63,659 nt of DNA, filler included, from Octopus bimaculoides (GCF_001194135.2; 4 parts of 4 records of this genome joined end to end with filler, not necessarily neighbours in it); one strand, 5' to 3'; positions 41,330 to 54,629 are shown, numbered from the whole stretch's first letter. Translations and numbers: made by a program. Notes: generated by a model from the letters alone, not told the origin.

Positions 41330-42680
41330 AAAGGACCTTCACCAACTTTGTGAACATCTCTTTTCTTCCTCTTCCGAACAACCATGTCACAATTAGCAGT
41401 ACCACTTGCTACTGTTTTCACCAAACTCTTTAATCTCTTATTCTCTACTGGACTATACCTTGGCATTTAGAAGCAAACCTCAGTGTCCTACCCAGCCAAC
41501 TATTGCCCCATTGCTCTTCTAACTTCGCCAAGCTAATGGATGCAGCCATTAATAATGACATTCTCCCCTTCTCCCCACCCCACCCCACTCCCAGTGAACC
41601 AGTTATTCACCAGAGGAGTTCAGTGAAAGTGATGTTGCAAAGCCTTTCACTGTGTTGGCATACAGATTAGAGGCTCCTTGTTTTTCTCATCTCCTGACTC
41701 AGTAGCTTCCTAGCAGATCACACCATTGCAGCATGCATTGACAGAGCTCTTTCTGACCCAATTTCAATCAACACTTGTGTTCCCCATGGTTTGGACTTGT
41801 CCCCAACTTTCTTCCTTCTGTACGTTAATGACCTACTTGACACCACATCCAACAACATCCTCTTATGCAAATGACATAATTCATCATTTCTCTTTAACTT
41901 TCCCCAACCTTGCACCATCCACATGCAACCCAAATGCCATGCACCAAACCTACATTGGTTTCTCTAGTGGGGCAATGACAGTTGAAAAACTCAAGCACTA
42001 TTCATATCAAGAAAACACCACTACTTCATAGCCTCTCTAAACATGATCCCTCACAGTTGTCCAAATGTTAACGTTACTATCATTTACTGTCATATACTAT
42101 CTCTCTTAGTGAAAGTGCATCCTTAGTATGGCTAGGACCACTTCATAAAGACTAATCCTTTCTTTTGGAGTCAGCTGATATTTAAGCCTCCAACAGTTGC
42201 CAACACACTACAAGGTTCAGGTGGAAGCAATAATGGAGTACTATTCACATATCTGGACAATGCTGCTACACACACACACAAACTGACATCCTGGATCACA
42301 TCCAGAGAAAGGCTACTCAATTGATTGGCATTCCATCACTAAAAGACTCACTCCAGCCTCTGGCCCACTGGCATGCAGTCTCTTCTGTCTGTCTTTTCTA
42401 ACACTTTTATAATGACCTTTACTCCTCAAAGTTGGCTGGTCTCATACATCAACCTCTCAGATACCCTTGACTCACTCATTTCTCCTCCTCTCAGCACACT
42501 TGATGTGTCCAACTCCTCTCCAGCTTCACATTAATCACAATGCTCAATCCTTCTTCCCTGGAATCTCCTCCCTACTCATGTGTTTTTTGCAAGTGTTGAC
42601 CTACAATAGTTTAAAGAGGACATTAATAGCATCAACCACACCAACCTTGGTGGGCCTGCAAAGGTCATGGTCTCTACTCA
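41330..42680 (+). mobile_element. CR1/Jockey-group LINE RT relic
   Basis: Reads PANYCPIALL, HGLDLSPTFFLLYVNDL, SYANDI, MEYYSHIW and QRKATQLIG across shifted frames. Confidence 0.65.
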
Positions 42681-43504
42681 CTCCTCTAGACTTAAAAATT
42701 AAAAACAAAAACAAAAGAATTATGAAGGAAACAGTTTTTTTTATCTTAATCCTTTCTTTGCCTGAACAATATATAAGTTCAAAAACAGATTACATACGCT
42801 GAACTCACATATCAAATCTAGTCAAGAAATCTTACTTCAACTCTAGTCAGTTACTGACCCACTAGAAGGCTCAGACACAACAGTCTGGTTAAAATGAGTG
42901 CAAACATGGCTGTGTGGTTATGAAGTTTGCTTTGCAACCATGTGATTCTGGATTTCATGTCTCTGTGTAGCACCTTGCATAACTTGATTCAACCATAAAT
43001 AGCTTTGAGTTGACTCACAAGGAGGCAATCTGTAACAGTCTCTGGTACATGGATACTGTGCAGAAGCCCATTGTTTATGCCTTGTAAAAAGCACTGGTAT
43101 TCATCTCATGTAAAAAGCATCCAGTACACTTTGTAACTGGTTGACTTTAGGAAGTGTCTTATATAAATTGTGCTAAAGAAAAGACAAGATGGTCATGACT
43201 AGAATGGCGTCACACTCCTAAATCCCAAACACTTCTCCCAACAATTAACAATCCCCAGAGGAAAAAAAAAATGTAAGTCCTCTCAGTTCCTTCCCCTACC
43301 CGCATTACTTTTACAGAAGTTTGAACTGAACCCCATAGATTTCACCAGACTGGGTAAGCATTTAGGGTTCATGAGAGCTGCCCTTCTTCCTTTGATTAAT
43401 TGAAATTTAAAAACAAGAAAAACATGAGAAGTAAGACATTTAATGTGAGAAAAGGTTAATCCATGTAAGGCTACCCTCATCAACAATTCTTTTTGCCTAA
43501 ACAG

Positions 43505-43599
43505 GTCCTGCTTGTGATGACATTGAAATACTTAGGGATATGATAAAAGCTGGAGTAAACATATTCCGTGTGGTTATGGCCTATGGTGACCGCTATTCT
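43505..43599 (+). CDS. PKM-like: Pyruvate kinase-like gene, coding exon 2
   Basis: acAG|GT CCT...TCT|GTAAGT. (G)PACDDIEILRDMIKAGVNIFRVVMAYGDRYS vs PKM [30 protein letters not shown]. Phase 1 to 0. Confidence 0.9.
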
Positions 43600-43763
43600 G
43601 TAAGTTACATATTTATATTATTGAAGCATGGGTGTGTGGTTAAGAAGTTTGCTTCCCAGCCCCAAGGTTCTGGGTTCAGCTCTACTGTACAGCATCTAGG
43701 GCAACCAAAGCCTTGTAATCAGATTTCATTGAATGAAACTGAAAGAAGCCCATCTTATATGTA

Positions 43764-43803
<40 letters not shown>

Positions 43804-45806
43804 AACGTACATGTTTGTGTCTCCTTGTCTTGACATCTGGTGATCATTAAAAACGGCCTCAATGTCATACAAGCAATGTCATCTATTTCCAATTTTCTAC
43901 AAGGACATGTCTGGCCATTGAGAAATATTGTCTTGCTTGGAAATAGGTGAGAATTGATGACAAGAAGGGGATCCAACTATAAAAAAAAAGCTCCCTCAAT
44001 AAATTGTCTGATCTGTGCAAGCATAGAAAAGTGAATGTCAGATGTTGAACATGATGATGATGATGATTATATTCTTTGTAAATATGTGTTCAGACCAAGA
44101 GTTGTGAGACTTATTGCAAGACATGCTTCAACGTCTGCATCAGTAGTTTATCTTGAAGGTTTTATTTATTTATTTATTTTGTGTGTGTGTATGAAGATGT
44201 ATGTCAAGATTTAAAATATCTCCAGTAAAAATACACATTTCTGAATTTCCAATTAATGTTTGTATGGGCATTTCTGTTTTTTTTTGGGGGGGGGGGATTT
44301 GCATAAATAAAAAATGATTTGAATGTAAATTACTGCATTTAAATGAAGAAATGTTATTCTGTTAATGTTGAATCAGCCCTGAGTGAGCAGATCTATGATG
44401 ATATTTCAGCTATGACTATTCTGTCTTTTTGTGTATCTTGGACTACATTGTCCAGTGTGATCTTGTCCCGAGATGACAGGGTGTGATTTGAGAGTATTTG
44501 ACTGCTATTTCTTCTAGATCAAGTGAAATTTCTTTGTTGTCTCTGAATACCATTATGTTTATATATGTAGCAGACTATTAAGTTTCTTCTCAACTGTAGT
44601 ATATGAAGATGGTAGCCAGACATCTCATATATTCAGAAAATAGTGCTTCAACTTGATAGTGCTTCAGAATTAGGTGAAGAAAAACATGACCAGTTAGTAC
44701 TCTTTAATCTTCATCTATAAAACTGAATGTGTGTATGATTCAAGTTGTAGGCCACAATTTTTGTACCCATATCATCATCATCATCATTTAATGTCTGTTT
44801 TCCATGTTGGCATGGATTGGATGGTTTGACAGGAGTTGGCCAGCTGAAGAGTTGCCCAAGCGCCGTGTCTGTTTTGGCATGGCTTCTACAGCTGGATGCT
44901 TCCTAACGCCAACCACTTTACAGAGTCTACTGTAAAGCATGGGTGCTTTTATATGGCACCAGCACATTGCTGGATTTTTACATGGAGTACTTTTTTTGCA
45001 ATGAGAAGGTTCATAGACTATGTGACTTTTTCTAAAGTTTGTTCTTTTTAGTTCCAGACAGAAAAAAAAAAAAAAGAAAACTCAGAATATTGTATAGGAC
45101 CAAGCACTGCAATAAATATTGGAAAAAGTTACTAATTACAAAAATAATTTATTTATAGTTATTATGTAAACTAGTTCTGTATTTTGAAAAAAAAGGTATG
45201 TTTTCCAAGAAAATAAGAAAAATTATACGAGTTAAATTTTCTTTTAGCTTCTAGGATACATTTTTATAAAACTGAACTAGGTGCATCTTCTGGATAGCTT
45301 GAATGCAACAGTTCTGAGTGAATCAACATTCTTGAAGTTTATCAGCATCTTTTATTTGTTCTAAAAATTAACAGTTACCTCATGAAAATCTCAAAGCTAC
45401 AAAATAATGCATGATTGATTCAAAACAATGTTAATAAATAAGCATTACATTTGACTGAGTAATGTGAATGTTAAAAGGTTAAAGCAATTTATCCAAAATT
45501 TAGTGAATTCATGTGATTATATTTTTTTTAGGTATTAATAAAGCCAGTTAAGGTTGGGTATGGCTGCTAGTATTTAGAGAAGAGCAAAAATAGTAAACAT
45601 GAAGTTTGTATGGTAAGTATTTAGTTTAAACTATTATAGTGCAATAGTTTGTGGCAACAACAACTGCAAATAAGAAGCTAATATTTTATGGCAGACTTTA
45701 TACTGCAGTTGAAGGCATGTAAATGATAATTATGTATTGTTGATAACTACCAAATTTTTCTGATATATAATTACTATCATTAAACATTTAAAACTTTTTG
45801 TTATAG

Positions 45807-45929
45807 TATCACAGCAGATTTATAAAAAATATCCGCCAAGTTGCTAAGGAGTTGATGACTGATTATTCCCCAGTTGGTATTGCCATTGACATAGCTGGGC
45901 CAGAAGTCAGACTTGGCAAGCTTAAACCG
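45807..45929 (+). CDS. PKM-like: Pyruvate kinase-like gene, coding exon 3
   Basis: ttgttatAG|...CCG|GTAAGT. YHSRFIKNIRQVAKELMTDYSPVGIAIDIAGPEVRLGKLKP vs YHAETIKNVR...[22 protein letters not shown]. Phase 0 to 0. Confidence 0.9.
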
Positions 45930-47179
45930 GTAAGTTTGTTTGGGATTTGCTACACTCTATTGAATGTAATAATTTACTCATTGGACGTATTCAGATATAA
46001 ATTACTAAACAATGCATAAAGGATTTTACTAAAGTCTTTATGCATGAGTGTGTTAGTGTGTGTGTGAGTATGAGAGAGAGAGAGTATGTGTATGTGTCAG
46101 CTATTGTTATTGGTTCACCCCTAAGTCAACATAGTCAGGCAAATCTATGATCAAAAACATTTCCATTTGGGACTTCCCATCTTTTTCCCAGGCTTCTAAA
46201 ATAGGGAAATGTGATCTGATGGGGATTCAGCTGCTATTTCTAGCAGATTAAGTGACAGCTCCCTCATTGGTTAAACTCTCTTTCATTCTGAAAGCATTAT
46301 TGAGAAAATATTATTTATAATTCAATTTTGCTGAACAAATTTTCACTCAGAGACAACATGATAATTTTCAATTCTCGGAATTTTATTAGATTTGTTTAAT
46401 TGCTATAAATAAATAACAATCACTACACAAGTTAGTGATGCCAGTACAACTCTTATCATTCTAAAAGAATGAAAGGCAGAAAGTAATGTTAGCCCAATTC
46501 ACAGTATATTTCTAGCAGCAGTCATGGTGAGATTGTCAAAGGGTTTGGAGTCCACCTAGAGCAATGGAAATGTCTGAATCAAATTTGTGTTAGATTTGGC
46601 CTAATCCAGTGATTCCCGATGTGGGGCCTGGGAAAATTGTAGTGGGGCATGAGATCCAAAATTTTTTAGTGGGACATAGAATTGTGAAAATCTTTTTTTG
46701 CACTGCAAACATACTACACCTATACGTTTTTCCAACCACTGGTGGCGGGGCTTACATTTTTCTGGAAAGTTATAGTGGAGCCTGGGAAAAATAGATTAGG
46801 AAACACTGGCCTAATCCATGTGAAATGGGACAATAATGTGGAATCCCCTTTCTGTGAATATAGAACAATTGAGCCAGTGAGTTTCTTAGTGATTTACCCA
46901 TTACCTGTGCTTTCTTTTGTTTAAGTAATAACACAAAGAATGTGCAAAGTTGTGTAAAACAAAAGAAAAGAAAAGAAAGTAGGAAGGTATGACATAGATA
47001 TAAAACTGGAAAATAGATAACACTAAAGATATTGACTAGCCTTGGCTACTTCAATTATTTTATTTATGTTCTGATTACAGAAAATATGTAACCATTCACA
47101 TATTTCAGAAACTGAAATATCATGAAACTGAAGAAAATTGTAAATAATTCATTAGTTCTACTGATTTCTTTTAAACTAG

Positions 47180-47366
47180 AAACTTGGAAGAGAAATATTC
47201 TTTAAACATCGATCAGTTGTACGAATCAGCTATGACACAGAAAACATCAACAACATGGATGATAGCTTCCTGTATATAGATCAGCAGAAACTTATTGACT
47301 ATGCTAAGGTGGACAATATCATTGTTATTGAGGATGGACCTCTTTCATTTATGGTTGTAGACAAAG
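47180..47366 (+). CDS. PKM-like: Pyruvate kinase-like gene, coding exon 4 (B domain)
   Basis: 187 nt: KLGREIFFKHRSVVRISYDTENINNMDDSFLYIDQQKLIDYAKVDNIIVIEDGPLSFMVVDK-G, aligning to ...DENILWLDY...IYVDDGLISL.... Phase 0 to 1. Confidence 0.85.
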
Positions 47367-48174
47367 GTTTGTGTTTTCTTTTAATGTATGTTATGGCTTT
47401 GTGGGGGGGTACAGTGGGGGAGGGGGTACGGCTTTATCAGAAGAGAAGGGTATCGTCCATGGCCCTTCCAGAGGTATCAGTCTCTATTTGGAAGAAGGGA
47501 GAAAACTATGCAACAGAGTGGACCTCGTTAAAAGTTTCAAAGGATTACAGATGAAATCTGCCATCCACAAACAAGGATAGTCCTTTTGGCAGGCTTCCAT
47601 ACATTTCTGTATCTCAAATTCTACTGACAAAGTGTTAGTCAAGCCATGTGGCCAACATTTACCCCATGGGTCACACAACATGATTGAAACTGGAACCACA
47701 TAATGATGATGAGTTGTAGAAAAATCCTGAATCAAGAATAACAGAAAACAGGTTTTACATACATTTTAACATTGTTAAGTTACCTTAAGTTGAATGATTT
47801 TGTAGTCTTTTATATACATATACAATTTTTTTGTTGTCAATCTGTTTATTAATTAGATGTTAAATTAGATCTGAGTTTTGCATTGTGTGAATTTGCAGCA
47901 CAGGTGCTCTATATCTATTCTTTTATTCTTTTACTTGTTTCAGTCATCTGACTGCAGCCATGCTGGAGCACTGCCTTGAAGGGTTTTAGATGAAGAAATC
48001 GATCCCAGGGCTTATTTTTAAGCCTAGTACTTATTCTATCGGTCTCTTTGACAAACCACTAAGTTATGAGGATGTAAATATACCAACACCAGTAGTCGAG
48101 TGATGATGGTGGGGGTAGATTTACAAACACAGACACAAAGATACACATAGATATATGCATATATATATCATCAT

Positions 48175-48381
48175 CATCATCATCATCGTTTAACGTCCGC
48201 TTTCCATGCTAGCATGGGTTGAACGATTTGACTGAGGACTGGTGAAACCAGATGGCTACACCAGGCTCCAATCTGATTTGGCAGAGTTTTTACAGCTGGA
48301 TGCCCTTCCTAACGCCAAGGATGCCCTTCCTAACGCCAGAAGGATGCCTTTCCTAACGCCAGGATGCCCTTCCTAATGCCA
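48175..48381 (-). mobile_element. RTE 3'-end repeat, antisense, with a 4x tandem 20-mer
   Basis: Reverse complement of 40680-40815; GGATGCCCTTCCTAACGCCA is repeated four times at 48298-48381. Confidence 0.8.
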
Positions 48382-49829
48382 AATATATATATATATATAT
48401 ATATATAATAATATTAGGGACAAAATCCNNNNNNNNNNNNNNNNNNNNNNNNNNNNNNNNNNNNNNNNNNNNNNNNNNNNNNNNNNNNNNNNNNNNNNNN
48501 NNNNNNNNNNNNNNNNNNNNNNNNNNNNNNNNNNNNNNNNNNNNNNNNNNNNNNNNNNNNNNNNNNNNNNNNNNNNNNNNNNNNNNNNNNNNNNNNNNNN
48601 NNNNNNNNNNNNNNNNNNNNNNNNNNNNNNNNNNNNNNNNNNNNNNNNNNNNNNNNNNNNNNNNNNNNNNNNNNNNNNNNNNNNNNNNNNNNNNNNNNNN
48701 NNNNNNNNNNNNNNNNNNNNNNNNNNNNNNNNNNNNNNNNNNNNNNNNNNNNNNNNNNNNNNNNNNNNNNNNNNNNNNNNNNNNNNNNNNNNNNNNNNNN
48801 NNNNNNNNNNNNNNNNNNNNNNNNNNNNNNNNNNNNNNNNNNNNNNNNNNNNNNNNNNNNNNNNNNNNNNNNNNNNNNNNNNNNNNNNNNNNNNNNNNNN
48901 NNNNNNNNNNNNNNNNNNNNNNNNNNNNNNNNNNNNNNNNNNNNNNNNNNNNNNNNNNNNNNNNNNNNNNNNNNNNNNNNNNNNNNNNNNNNNNNNNNNN
49001 NNNNNNNNNNNNNNNNNNNNNNNNNNNNNNNNNNNNNNNNNNNNNNNNNNNNNNNNNNNNNNNNNNNNNNNNNNNNNNNNNNNNNNNNNNNNNNNNNNNN
49101 NNNNNNNNNNNNNNNNNNNNNNNNNNNNNNNNNNNNNNNNNNNNNNNNNNNNNNNNNNNNNNNNNNNNNNNNNNNNNNNNNNNNNNNNNNNNNNNNNNNN
49201 NNNNNNNNNNNNNNNNNNNNNNNNNNNNNNNNNNNNNNNNNNNNNNNNNNNNNNNNNNNNNNNNNNNNNNNNNNNNNNNNNNNNNNNNNNNNNNNNNNNN
49301 NNNNNNNNNNNCCAGGAGGACATCTCCTCCAGCTGAAGAATTTCACTGGAAAAGAAGATATAAATTTGCCAGGTTTTTGTCTCTCTCACCAAGGTCATCA
49401 GCTGTCGAACGCCGACAAAGGGAAATAACCCTGAAATCCGGATACGTTCGTGCTGCTGATCGAGGTGAGAGGGATAACTTCCCTTGGCAAACAGGACACA
49501 GTTGTGTGTCGATAAGCCAGCTGGAGGAGATGTCCTCCTGGGGCTAAAAGCAACAGTAACATCCACCCCTAGGGGTCAGCCACACTTAAGTGGCAATATA
49601 CTACACTATATATATATAGTTTTAGGGAAAATAACCAATATATATATAATGATCAAATTTTGCTTATATATATATATATATGATAGGCTTCTTTCAGTTT
49701 CTGTCTACTAAATCCACTCACAAGGCTTTGGTCAGCCTGTGGCTATAAAAGAAGACTTGTCCAAGGTGTCACACAATGGGACTGAACCCGGAACCATGTG
49801 GTTGGGAAGCAAGCTTCTTATTTCTTCAT

Positions 49830-50035
49830 TCCCCACAAGGGACTAAACATAGAGGGGACAAACAAGGACAGACAAAGGGGTTAAGTCGATTAGTGCATAA
49901 ATGGTACTTAATTTATCGACCCCGAAAGGATGAAAGGCAAAGTCGACCTTGGCAGAATTTGAACTCAGAACATAACGGCAGATGAAATACTGCTAAGCAT
50001 TATCACCAACGTTTCTGCAAGCTTGCCACCTTAAC
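49830..50035 (-). mobile_element. SINE family A, inserted in a family C copy
   Basis: Family A sequence interrupts the family C sequence that runs 49680-49815 and resumes at ~50036-50070. Confidence 0.6.
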
Positions 50036-51365
50036 ACAAGCTTCTTACCACACAGCTACGTCTGTGCCTATATTTTTATAATTGTCAATTTTTAAATTTA
50101 ATAATGTTATTTATTGACCTGTAGTTGTTTAAATTATTCACAGTATCAGATCTATGTAAGGGTTGCACTTTATTTTGCCAAATATACTTCTCTGTATAAG
50201 CAGTAATTTTAGGAATGTATTTTTTTTTTGTTATAAATTATGTTCATAGTGTGTGCCTGCAACAAGCATATGCACTTGTTTATATATGTGTGCTTATATA
50301 CATAATGCATGTAAAAAGTATGTTTTATGAAATTGGATCCGTACCTAAAATGTTCGTCTTCAAGCTGCAGACTTCATTGAAGTTTTTAGGCAGCTGCCTA
50401 TGCATGCAGGTATCCTCCCTCCACACCAGTAATGTTGTCCAAGGGCTGATACAGCTTGTCAAGTTTGCTATCAGAATGCAAAGACCAGAACAGATACCAT
50501 AAGACAGCTTATCTAAATACTCTAATAATTCAGCTCTTGAGTGATACTTTATCAACCCAAAAGGATGAAAAGTAAAGCTGGTCTTGGTGGGATGAACTCA
50601 GAGAGTACATAACTAGAACAAGTACTGCAATTCATTCTATCTAACACTCTAATGAATCTGCCAATTTTGTACCTTGCATACGTACCCACATTTATATAAT
50701 CACATAATAATTATATGTGTAATCATCTCATCCATTTATCACTCATATCTTGCCACTTATTATCTCCCTGCCACCTGTGAAGCTTGCAAACTATGAACAG
50801 TTTTCAGCATCACTATTAGAATACCTACAGAAGCTCAGATCTAAGGCCATCAAATTTATACTTGACTGGAATATTTTAAGCTCAGCCTTCTCATATGTCT
50901 GAGAAGTGATTTTTGTTTACCTTCATTGTTCAGTTAAAACTATACTATGAGTATTACTTAGAGAGGCTTAGGGCCTTACCAATTTCATAGTGGACTATGT
51001 ATAAAATTTCATTACCTTCAGAATCTATACTTCTCTACTATATCAGTTTTCATATCTCTCTTATTTATTTTTTGCCATTATTACTGTCTATATTCTGTCA
51101 CTGCTCATGTTTGATACATGTTTTAATACATGTTTAATACGTGTTTTATACCTTTTCTGTGTTCACTACAGTACACTTACTGTACCTCCTCTATTTTCAC
51201 TAAAGTCCACTTACTGTATCTTCTCTGTATTTATTACAATACACTTACTGTACAGTGTTCATAATAAATACTTTCAAAGTTGTGTATAAATTCATATAAA
51301 TAGTAATCAAAACTAGTAAAATGGGATAATCCAAAACATGACATAAGCTTTCTTTCTTCCAACAG

Positions 51366-51517
51366 AACTGCAGCTTCAAAAGTCCACCTTAATCTGTGAA
51401 GTTATTGAAGAAGGCCTTCTTGGTAACAGGCAGACGTGTCACATGAAAGGGATGCCAGACATGTTTGAACTGAGTGAGAATGATAAAAATGACCTGCAGT
51501 TTGCTTTGGATGAACAG
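51366..51517 (+). CDS. PKM-like: Pyruvate kinase-like gene, coding exon 5
   Basis: ttcttccaacAG|...CAG|GTGCAA. (E)LQLQKSTLICEVIEEGLLGNRQTCHMKGMPDMFELSENDKNDLQFALDEQ vs LVTEVENGGSLGSKKGVN...VSEKDIQDLKFGVEQ. Phase 1 to 0. Confidence 0.88.
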
Positions 51518-52214
51518 GTGCAAACCATTTTAATCTTGTATGTTTTATCTTTTACTTGTTTCAGTCTGCAACCTATCCTAGAAGGATATTGGCCTCAGTG
51601 CTTATTTTTAAGCCTGGTTCTCTTTTTGCCAAACCACCAGAGCTGTAAACAAACTAACATTAGTTGTCATGCAGTGGTGGAAGACAAACACAAAGACAGG
51701 CAGACAGACACACACATCATCATCATCATTTAACATCTGTTTTCTACTGTCATGGATAAGATTGTTTGATAGGAGCTGGCAAGCCAGAGGACTGTACCAA
51801 GCTCGAGTGTCTGCTTTGGAATGGTTATTATGGCTGGATGCTGTTCCTAATGCCAACCACTTTACAGAGTGTACTGGCTGTTTTTTTTTTTTTTACATGA
51901 TGCCAACAGCAGAGGTCACCAAATAACTTACAAGACAAGATCTGTCAATTGGGTGGGGAGTAGTTTTGTAGGAGGTTGACTCTTCTGTCACAAAGTATTA
52001 TTATTGCCTGTTATTTTGTTAATTTTGCCTTTCATCTTTCCGGATTGATAAAAGAAAATACCAGTCAAATATTGGTGTTGATAGGATCAACTACCTTCCT
52101 CCCCTAAATTTCAGGCCATATGCCTATATTAGATATTATTGTTGTTCTTGATGATGTTTTTATTATTGTTCTTCGTCGTCATCGTCGTCGCTGCCGCCGT
52201 CGTCATCGTCGTTG

Positions 52215-52425
52215 TGGTGAGCTGGCAGAATCATTACCTTACTGGGAAAAATGCTTAGTGACATTTCATCTGTCTTTGCATTCTGAGTTCAAATTCTGCC
52301 AAGGTTGACTTCACCTTTCTTCCTTTTGGGGTCAATAAAATAAGTACCAGTTGAGTATTGGCAGATGTCTGTAATCAACTAGCTCTCTCTCTCCCAAAAT
52401 TTCAGGCCTTCTGCCTATAATGGAA
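52215..52425 (+). mobile_element. SINE family A copy
   Basis: Contains GGTGAGCTGGCAGAATC...TTCTGAGTTCAAATTCTGCC...AAGTACCAGTT. Confidence 0.7.
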
Positions 52426-52446
52426 GGGATTATTTGTTTCCCATTC

Positions 52447-53075
52447 TTCTGGCCTGTAGCCAACATTGGTGGTCTACTCAGTCAAGATGAGTTCATATCT
52501 CCATCACTTAGAGTGGGAGCTGACGTCTGTGTGGGGCTGAGTAGGTCTCTCCACTCCATGGTTCTTCATGGTCTGTCTTGCCACCTAAATGCTGGTCATT
52601 TTGCTCATCACACCGAGCTAAACTTAATTGTTAAGCAAGCCCTGGCTCCAGTTCTGGAGCCAGCAGGATTATCCAGAAGTGATGGGAAGAGACCAGATAG
52701 TCTTATCCTTTGTCCCTGAGTAGGAAGTAGGTGCTGCATCTGGGACACCACAGTCTGTGACTCTTCTGGATGCTGCAGTAGATGGGAGGGTCACTGCTTC
52801 CATAGCTGAATTGAACAAAATCCTTAAGTATTGGTACCTGTCGGTGAACCATTTCTTCTAGCTTGTGACGTTTGAGACATAGGGGTGGGGGTGGGGGATG
52901 AGCTACTAATGGTGAAGTTCTTATCATCATTGGCAGCTCACCTTACCAAGGTGTCAGGTGATGCCTGTGAGGGTGTATGGCTGTTCCAATGCCTTAGCCC
53001 CGCCATCGCCTGTGGTAATGTTATGAGTGTGTTAACTTGCTTCAGTAGGTTCCATTGAACCTGGTGGTGTGCAAC
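52447..53075 (+). mobile_element. CRE-clade non-LTR retrotransposon C-terminal relic (Zn-knuckle plus RLE)
   Basis: Reads LHGLSCHLNAGHFAHHTELNLIVKQAL..VLEPAGLSRSDGKRPD...IWDTTVCD and WLFQCLSPAIACGN. Confidence 0.75.
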
Positions 53076-54629
53076 CACTTAAGACACTCGGTGTTGAATT
53101 GATGTTTTTTTCCTTTTGCTTTTCTTTTTTCTTTCTTTTTTTTTTCCTTGTTCCTCTATTTGCATTTTTATTTCTATTTTTGGATATTAAATAAATCTGA
53201 TTGTGTCTTGAAAAAGAATACATACCATAATGTTATGAGCTAAAATAATTTTTAATTAATTAAATAAGAAAGAAAAGTTATTCTGGTCAAAACAGAAATG
53301 TAAGGGATACAACAGAATCCAATGAAAAAATTTACCTGTGACGTGCAGTGGAGAGGTGACCACCCTGGATATATTTTGGCATTATTAGAGCTCAGTGAAT
53401 CGTCCTTACTTGTTTGTTCCAAAACATAGATAACTGAAAGAAAATTGTAAAGATTTCCCAATCGCATGGTTCTCAGTTCTTTATGTTTATTTGTTTACAT
53501 GAAGGCACATGGCCTAGTTGTTAAGGTGTTGCACTCATGATTGAAGATCACGATTTCATTTCCCAGACTGAGTGGTGTGTTATGTTCTTGCATAAAACAC
53601 TTCATTTCACATTGCTCCAGTCCACTCAACCATAAATAAGTAACCCTGTGATGGACTGCTGTCCCATTCAGGGGAAATGTTGTGATCTCAGCCACTTATG
53701 TGTCATGGAAACCAAGTAAATGGCACTGTGAGTCCTGAGACTCAAGATAGTAATGTCCAGTTTATTTACATACTTACTTCTATGCCATTTGTTTGTTCAG
53801 AGAAAGCTTTATGTCTACAGTAGTAAAGCCTCACAACCACATTAACCCCAGTTCATTTCCATAACACAACACCTTGGGTAAGTGTTTTCTACCAAAACCC
53901 CTTAGGTTGAAGGAGACTGCAGAAATCCATTGTGTGTATATTGTGCACCTATGTATTTTTATGTTATGCATCAGTGTATGTTTTTTATGTTTCATTATAT
54001 ATCAGTAAAATATGTAAACATTGGTTAGAAACCAGTACTGTTAAAATAAAGTTCACCAAGTTGTAGATGTCTCTGTGAAACCTATGAACAACAACTTGTT
54101 CACAAATCATGATATATTATATATAGTGTAAACTTACTATATGACATAGTGTCCTGCACATGTTTACACTAAGAAGGAAACATATTGTCCCTGTTGTAAT
54201 TTACAATGAAAATTATTTCACTTTTCATTGTATGCCAAGCTTAGATTTCTATAAAACAACCTGACAAAGCATTTTTATTGATGTCCTAAATCAATGGTTC
54301 TCAAATGGCAAACCCTTATACAATTTTCTAAAACTCACTGAGACCTTATTTTATGGACAACCTCGCTCACCTTAATTTTAATAGAATATCCTATGAAACA
54401 AAGATAGATTGTTTTAGAGAAAGTAAAGTATTTCTTCATTTTAGAGAAAAATTGTATATAATAACTTATTATTTTGCAAATGATCTATAACATTTTTTTA
54501 AATAAATTTTTGTTAAATTTTATAGAACACCTTACTCTTACAATTCCAGAATTTTTTTCAGAACCCACTAATCTCATGTTAGGATGCACGTGTTGATTTT
54601 AATATGTTTGTTTGTATTTTGCTTTCCAG

